Shown here one piece after another: positions 56,277 to 64,000 of a stretch of 64,000 nt of DNA. The stretch is taken from contig CP068257.2 in assembly GCA_009914755.4 (NCBI GenBank), positions 28,960,001 to 29,024,000 of the forward strand, given 5' to 3'. A program made the position numbers and the translations under genes. This stretch comes from the human T2T-CHM13v2.0 reference genome, Homo sapiens. The stretch's first letter is position 1. Each line of letters starts with the position of its first letter. The notes under the pieces are model-generated. The model was given only the letters and a program-made list of their open reading frames with translations. It ran no database searches and was not told the DNA's origin.

Positions 56277-56416
56277 TTACATTGTCATTACATTTTACAT
56301 TACCTTATTTGTTTGTTTGGATTTTATGACTATCATCTGCTATTGTTTGGAATGCTGTAAGCAAGTAGCCCTTCTCTTCAGGATATGTCAAAAAGGTATA
56401 CCAAATGTAAATGTAG
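56277..56416 (-). repeat. Copy B of the same roughly 140-bp element. It is inserted into an L1M ORF2 between the 'ANIIFN' and 'EKLKDF' codons.
   Basis: L1 ORF2 homology runs up to 'aacatcatatttaatg' and resumes at 'gtgagaaactcaaagatttcacactaaaatcagg'. The intervening 140 bp are not L1 sequence. Confidence 0.5.
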
Positions 56417-57222
56417 TGAGAAACTCAAAGATTTCACACTAAAATCAGGAATAAGTCAAAGCTGTTCCCTCTTATCACAACTTTTCAAATGTATGTCCTA
56501 GCTAATGCCATTAAACAAGAAAAAGAAATAAAGACATACTGATAGGAAAGGAAAAAATAAAACTGCCTTTCTTCACAAGATCATTTATGTAGGAAATCCA
56601 AAAGAATCAACAAGAAAACCTCTGGAATTAATAAACAGTTATAGCAAGATTGTAAAATACCACACTAATATGCAAAAGTAAACTGCTTTCCTATATGCAA
56701 GCAACAAACAAGTAGAATTTGAAATTTTAAAAGAGAAGGACCCTACTATTTACTTTAGCACCCCCAAAAATGAAATGCTTAAGTGTAACTCTAAAAAAAT
56801 ATATACCAATCTAAGTGAGTAAAAGTCCAAAACTCTGCTGAAAAAAAAATCAAACAAAAACTAAATAAATGGAGAGATATTCCATGTTCATATATGAGAA
56901 GACTCGATGTTGTCAAGCTGTCAGTTCTTCCCAACTTTATAGATTCAATGTAATCACAATCAAATTCCAACAATTATTTTCTGGATATCAACGAATTGAT
57001 TATTAAGTTATATGGAGAAGCAAAAGACCCTGAGTAACCAACTCAATATTGAAAATAAAGAACAAAGTCAGAGAACTGACACTACATGACTTTAAGACTT
57101 ACTACAAAGCTGCAGTAATCAAGACAGTGAAGAAACAAACAGGTCAATGAAACAGAACAGAGAACCCAGAAGTAGATGAACATAAATATAGTCAACTTTC
57201 TTTAACAAAGAAGCAAAAGTAA

Positions 57223-57545
<323 letters not shown>

Positions 57546-59029
57546 AACCAGTGATAGATCATCTTTTTAACAAATGGTGCTGGAACAACTGGACATTTGT
57601 ATGCAAAAACATAAGTTTAGACACAGACCTTATAAACTTCACAAAAATTAACTCAAAATGGGTCATGGGACAAAATAACATGCAAAACTATAAAACTGCT
57701 AGAATATAACATAGGAGAAAATCTAGATGGCCTGGAGTTTGACAATGCCTTTTTAGTTATGAAACCAAAGGCATAATCTAAGAAAGTAAAATTTGATAAG
57801 CTAGACTTACTTAAAATTAAAAAAAAGTTTTTTCTGCAAAAGACACTATAAAGAGAATGAAAAGACAAGCCACAGACTGGGAAAGAAGTCTTTGCAAAAG
57901 ACTTACGTGATAACGTACTATTATCCAAAATATACAGGAAATTATTAGGACTCAACAATAAGAGACTAAACAACCTGATTTTAAAAGTGAGCCAAGACTT
58001 TAACAAACACCTCACTAAAGAAGATTTACAAATGGCAAAGAAGCAGATGAAAAAAATGCTCCATATCATATGTCATAAGGATAATGCCAATTAAAGCAGC
58101 AAAAAAGATACTGCTACACACCTATTGGAAAGGTTGAAACACAGAACACCAACAAAACTAAACCCTGACGGAAATGAGGAGCAACAGGAAGGTTCATTCA
58201 TTGCTGGTGAGAATTCAAACTGATATAGCAACTTCATAAGACACTCTGGCAGTTTTTTATATAACTAAATATACCCTTATTTTATGATCCAGCAATTGCA
58301 CTCCTTGTTATTTACCCAAATGAGTTGAAAACATGTCCACACCAAAACCTACACATAGATGTTTGTGGTAGCTTTATTCATAGTTGCCAAAACTTGGAAG
58401 CAACCAAAATGTCTTTTAGTGGGCGAATTGATAAATAAAACAGTGGAACATTCAGACAGTGGAGTATTATTCAACACACAAATGAAATGAGAGCCATGAA
58501 GAGACATGGAGGAAACTTACATTCATATTACTAAGTAAAAGAAGCCAATATAAAAAAGTTGTAAACTGTATGTTTCCAACTATATGGCATTCTCATAAAG
58601 GAAGAACATAAAGGAAGAACAGAGAAGAGAGAGAGATAAATAGGTGGAGGACAAAGGATTTTTTAGAACACTGAAAATACTCAGTATATTAATATAATGG
58701 TTGATACATTTGTCAAAGTTTATAGAATGTGCAAGAGCACAGGTGAACGCTTATGTTAAATATGGACATTAGATGATAATGATGTATCCATGTAGGTTCA
58801 TGGAGTGCCACAAATGTACATCTGGTTGAAGGCATGAGGGAGGCTTTGCATGTATTAGGGCAAGAGATATTTAGGAAATTGTGTATTTCCTCCTCAATTT
58901 TATAGTGAATTAAATCTGCTTTAAAAAATGGACTTGTAAACACAACTAAAACAACTTTTTAAAATAATTAGGAATTTTTAACTACTTCATTAGGGATGTA
59001 AAGAAAATATTAATGTTACCAGCAAACTG

Positions 59030-59295
59030 TCACAAGGACAAAAATCAAACACCGCATGTTCTCACTCAGAGGTGGGAATTGAACAATGGGAACACTTGGA
59101 CAGAGGAAGGGGAACATCACACACCGGGGCGTGTCATGGGGTGGGGGGAGGGAGGAGGGATGGCATTAAGAGATATACCTAATGTAAATGATGAGTTAAT
59201 GGGTGCAGCACACCAAAATGACACATGCATACATTTGTAACAAACCTGCACATTGTGCACATGTACCCTAGAACTTAAAGTATAATAAAAAAAGA
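59030..59295 (+). mobile_element. LINE-1 3'-end fragment (ORF2 end plus 3'UTR) of a young-to-intermediate L1PA type.
   Basis: Reads 'caaacaccgcatgttctcactcagaggtgggaattgaacaatgggaacacttggacagaggaaggggaacatcacacaccggggcgtgtcatggggtggggggagggaggagggatggcattaagagatatacctaatgtaaatgatgagttaatgggtgcagcacaccaaaatgacacatgcatacatttgtaacaaacctgcacattgtgcacatgtaccctagaacttaaagtataataaaaaaag'. Confidence 0.8.
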
Positions 59296-62200
59296 AAATA
59301 TTAATATTGCTATTATAATAAGAAAATGCCCTTAGTTTTAGAGATGCATAATGAACTATCTCGAAATATGAAATATCACAATATTTGTGATTTATTTTTA
59401 ATATTTCAGAAAAATGATGGTCAAGCATTTCAAAATGCTAATGAGTGTTAAAACAAGGTAGTAAATAAAAAGGAGCATGGTATTCTATTTTTCTGCTAAT
59501 TAAAAGTTTTATAATGAAAAGTTTATAAAGCATAGCAAAAGGAGAGGGCATTCATGAACGAGATAAAATGAGCAACAAGTCATGAGTGGGACTATTCACG
59601 TCCTAGCCACAGATTCATAAAACCTTTACTGAAGCTGAGGATTTGAGAAAAAGATTCACGAGAGCTAAACTGGAAAAGGTAGACATGAGCTATCATTACT
59701 GAAGACCTACATCTGTGAGGATTACATTTCCAAAAAAGACGATGGGGGAAGGTGAATCATCATGGAATTTTGAGCAGTGAGATTTTTCATTTGTTGGGTT
59801 GGCTTGGTTTAATTTTCTTAAAAAGATTAAATAGCTTATGGGTTAGTGAAATGAATCATGAAGAAAAAATACAAAGTAGGAGAAGAATTAAGAGATTGCT
59901 CAAAGGACCTAGTATGTATTTATTGAAGCAGAGGCTAGGGAAATATGAATCAAGAGAAGAATGGAAAGACATCAAAGATAAATTAATGGGGCTCAGACAT
60001 GAGAAGGCATGGGGATAACAAATAAAATGTGGCCATAAATTATTTTGAGATTTCAAGCCATTAACCATTGGAGAAAGAAGGGAGAAGGGTGAGGTCAATT
60101 GTCTGCAGCAAGATCTGGTGCCCATAAATAATGAATCTGATTGTAGACAAATGTGAATGTCCTACTGAACAGGGATTCACTATCAGCCACTTGGCTTTGA
60201 AAATTCTGAAAAAGCCTTCAGTTTTGAAACTCTAAAAAGCATTTTACTCTACTCCCTTTTAATCAAACTTTATGTCAACAAGTAGTATTCAATTCCCTTA
60301 TTGTCTGTCATTGTCCTGTAACTTAGATAAAACTGAGAAATATGTGATAAACCATAAAAAGTAATTTTAATTTGAATATGATTGACCAAACATAAAAATC
60401 CCTTACTGAGCAATCATAACTTATTCTTTCTGGAATTTCAAGTGATTTGAATATCCTCTACAATTGTCCTTTTGAATTTTTTAATATTGTACTTATTTGA
60501 TTAATATACTTACTTCTCTTTATATATTTACTAGCTATACCATGCTCCAATCTGGACCAAAAAGATAAATAGGGCATAACCAAGTCTTTTGCATTTCAGA
60601 GGCAGACATATAAAGAAATGATTGCACATGTGTGTGTTAGTTTTCAAAGAGTGGTGTACATAGTGAAAAACAATTAAAAATTGCTTTATGGGATGTTACG
60701 GTAGGCATTATAGGGGCCTGGCTTTTAAAATATTAGAGGATCTTCTGGCATATAAAGCCTTTAAGAACACTCTAGTCTAATGGTATTCCCTATTTTTGTG
60801 TTTTTAGCATACATATCAACTCGGTAGTCCCTCTAACAGACATGATGAGGATCAAGAGATAGCCTCCATTAAGATCATTATAAACATGTCATATAAATTA
60901 AACTTTATCGACTTATATGTGAAGGTTATGTGGTACACAGTGCTATGGTACATACTTATTGAGAACTCATCCTATCCAGAAAGGCAAATTAGTTATCAGA
61001 ACATTAGGAGAGTTCAATATTAAAACTTTGTAAAAAGGAGAGTTATCCAATTAAACTATGAAGTTAGAAATGTCTTCCCAGAGGAAGTAACCAGTCAAAT
61101 TATAGATGCATATGGCTCCAGGTATTTGGACAAAGATAGAGAAGGCACTTTGGCCAAAGAGAAAAGCCCATTGTAGGTAGGAAATAGTATAATGCTAGAA
61201 AAATTTAAAGTAACTCACTATGGTTACAACAGATGAATGGAATGGAATAGGAGCAGCAGCAGTGGTAGCTGAGCTGGCACAGATTTTTTTTAAAAAGCAG
61301 CAATATAAGCATAAAAAATGGTGCACAGGACAAGCATCATGAAAAGAACACTGAAATCAATGGAGATGCCTAGTCTGGTTTGTGGGAAAAGAAGAAAGAA
61401 AAACAGGGGTGGCTACCACACATACTCACCACATCAGTATGTTTCTATTTCCACTCTTTCACAGCTTCTGAATTTTAGAATCCAAGTATGGACATCGGTT
61501 AACTTATTATTTAATAGTTTTCTGTGTTAACAAAATGATTTTTTATTTTATACTAAAAGTTATAGTCTTTCCTTGAAGAATTTTAATTGTAAGTGTGGCA
61601 TACTCAGTTTTGCATTTTAAAAGAACACTATAACTGCTTGTATGTGTTTATGTGGTGTTATGGTAGACAATACCATAGCTCACAATCTATTTCAATAATC
61701 TACCATAAGGTGACAATAAAAACTAAGCTAATGTCTTTGAGGACATAGAATTTATTGGACTTGAATGACAGTGCATTCTCTCATTTAGGTAATATAGGTG
61801 AAGAAAGTGCTAATTTGAGAGTATTTGGGAGACAGAAAAATGCTGAGATGGAAAGTTAACTTTTGAATACATTGAGTTTGAAGTACTTATATATCTAAAT
61901 AGATTTATCAAGAAAGCATTTCCAAGTGATGTCAGCAGGAATGGCAGAATATGGAACTCTGAAAATCTATCCTAAAAAAAATTAAGACATTTTTATATAA
62001 TCATAAACTGAAAGAATCTATAGTTAGCATACCTTCTCTACCAAAAACAAAAACAGAAAAAGACTAAAGAGAGTACTTTAGGCTGCAATAAAAGGACACT
62101 AGATAGTAACTCAAATTCGTATGAAGAAATGAAGAGCACGAGTAAAGGTGACTACACAGGCAAATTAAAAGGCAGTAAAAATGTAAGAGAAATTAGAAAT

Positions 62201-62299
62201 ACTTTGATATGAATGAAAACTAAAACACAAAATACCAAAACTTTTGACATGCAGCTAAAACAGTACATAGAGGAAAAGTTATATGTATATAAATACCTA

Positions 62300-64000
62300 T
62301 ACTTTAAAAATAAAGATATTAAATCAATAATCTAACATTCTAACTTAAGAAAGTAGAAAAGACAACAAGAACTAAATCCACAACTAGCATAAAAAAGGAA
62401 ATCATTATTCGAGTGGAAATAAGTGGAGGACAGTAAATTAATAGAGAAAATCAACAAAACCAAAGTTGATTGTTTCAAAAAAATCAACAAAATGGACAAA
62501 CTTTCAGCTAGACAAACCAAGAAAAAAAAGATTCGAATTACTGAAATAAAAAGTTATTAAGATTGCACATGAAGGGAACGTCACTGACTTACAGAAATAA
62601 AAGGGATTATAAGGGAATATCATAAACAACTTTACATCAACAAATTATATAACTCGTATAAAATAGCTCAATCCCTTGATTGACACAAACTACTGAAATT
62701 AAGTCAAGGAGAAATAGAAATTTGTTTTGATGTATAATAGGTAAATAGATTTAATTAGAAATTTTAAAATTTCCCCCCAAAAAAGCCCAGACTCAGATGG
62801 CTTCACTGTTGAATTCTACCAAATATTTACAGAAGCATTAGCATCAATCTACACAAACTCTTCCAAAAGTTAGAAGACAGAACATTTCCCAGCTCATTCC
62901 ATGAGTCTAGTATAACTCTAATACCAAGACTGGGCAAAAACAGTAGAAAAAAAAGAAACCTAAGACTAATAAGTCTCATGAACTTAGACGAAAAACGGGT
63001 CAACAAATACTAGCAATCCAATTCCACCAATAATATATAAATAACATTTTACACTGTGAACTTTACACAAGTGGGATTTATCACATAAATCTGAGGTTGA
63101 TTCAACAAATAAAATCAAAGAATGTAATACAGCATGTAAATAGGACAAAGGGCAAAAAAAAAAAAAACCCATATGATCATCTCAATAGATGCATAAAAAA
63201 CTCTTGGCAAAAATTCAACACACTTTCATAATAAATTACATTCAACCAAAAAGAAATGGAAGAAAACTTTACAACTTGGCCGGGCGCGGTGGCTCACAGC
63301 TCTCAGTGGAGCTGAGATCGCGCCACTGCACTCCAGTCTGGGCGACAGAGCGAGACTCAAAATCAAAAAAAAAAAAAAAAGAAAAAAGAAAACTTTACAA
63401 CTTGATAATGAGTAGCTATAAAATACCCCACAGCTAACATCAAAGTTAATGTTAAAGCTTTCCCTGTAAGGTCAGGAATAAGATAAAGATGTTCAATTTT
63501 GCCACTTCTATTCAACAAACTACTAGAGATCATAACAAGGGCAATTAGACATAAAACTAAATACAAAGGCACCCAAATTTGGAAAAAAGAGAACTGTCTC
63601 TATTTGTATTAGACATTCTCTTTTATGCAGAAAATTCTAAGAAATATACATACACACACAATTAGAACTGATAAATGAATTCAGTAACATTGCAGGACAC
63701 AAGACAAATACATAAAAATTAATTATTTCTACATACTTTCAGTCAACAATTTGAAAATGAAATTAAGTAAACTGCAATAGCACAAAAAAAGAGTAACATA
63801 CAGATTTTCTTTTTAAAAAAAAGAGTGTAAGACTCACACACTGCGAACTACAAAATATTGCTGAAAGAAATTACAGAAGATTTGTATCATTTATTTGGGT
63901 TGGTAATATTAAAAATCCTCTCTTCTAGGTATCTGAAAAAAATACAATAAATTATTGTTTACTATAGTCTCCCGACAGTGCTATAAAACACTAGAACTTA
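62300..64000 (+). mobile_element. Ancient L1 (L1M/L1PB-type) ORF2 5' part, sense orientation, extending to the window end. It carries a short Alu insertion.
   Basis: Translated ORF2-like stretches include '..PDSDGFTVEFYQIFTEALASIYTNSSKS.KTEHFPAHSMSLV.L.YQDWAKTVEKKET.D..VS.T.TKNGSTNTSNPIPPIIYK.HFTL.TLHKWDLSHKSEVDSTNKIKECNTACK.DKGQKK..PI.SSQ.MHKKLLAKIQHTFIINYIQPKRNGRKLYNL' and, after the Alu, 'IMSSYKIPHS.HQS.C.SFPCKVRNKIKMFNFATSIQQTTRDHNKGN.T.N.IQRHPNLEKRELSLFVLDILFYAENSKKYTYTHN.N..MNSVTLQDTRQIHKN.LFLHTFSQQFENEIK.TAIAQKKSNIQIFFL'. Confidence 0.6.
63279..63386 (+). mobile_element. Internally deleted young Alu, with an intact 5' end, 3' end and A tail. It is flanked by a perfect 17-18-bp target-site duplication.
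   Basis: TSD 'AGAAAACTTTACAACTTG' at 63261-63278, then 'GGCCGGGCGCGGTGGCTCACAGCTCTCAGTGGAGCTGAGATCGCGCCACTGCACTCCAGTCTGGGCGACAGAGCGAGACTCAAAATC', then A16GAAAA, then TSD 'AGAAAACTTTACAACTTG' at 63387-63404. Confidence 0.8.

Noticed and set aside
57653-58069. 138-aa minus-strand ORF (MIWSIFFICFFAICKSS...).
   Set aside because: It is an antisense reading of the AT-rich L1M ORF2 segment, with low complexity and no start context. This is a chance ORF.

Overview
This window is human genomic DNA: AT-rich and densely populated with Alu, L1 and MaLR-LTR repeats. It matches the high-glycine-tyrosine keratin-associated-protein (KRTAP) gene domain of chromosome 21q22.1. Seven intact, single-exon, TATA-driven KRTAP genes can be read directly from the sequence. 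In window order they are KRTAP6-2 (-), KRTAP22-1 (+), KRTAP6-1 (-), KRTAP20-1 (+), KRTAP20-4 (+), KRTAP20-2 (+) and KRTAP20-3 (+). There are also two decayed KRTAP20-like pseudogene copies, one of them split by an Alu insertion. Roughly half of the window is interspersed repeats. These include a young L1 carrying a twin-priming 5' inversion, several AluY and AluS copies (some with clear target-site duplications), four THE1/MST-type MaLR LTRs (one still attached to its internal region), a Tigger-like DNA transposon fragment, and several ancient L1M ORF2 fragments. No CRISPR array, operon, rRNA or tRNA gene, or any other prokaryote-style system is present. The ORF track is dominated by Alu and L1 read-through and by multi-frame artefacts of the GGC/TAT/TGT codon repeats inside the KRTAP genes. 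The most interesting sequence-level observation is that the KRTAP20-4 open reading frame appears to carry an internal compensated frameshift relative to its paralogues. Gene symbols are assigned from memory of the human KRTAP protein sequences and the known chr21 gene order; they should be confirmed by BLAST.
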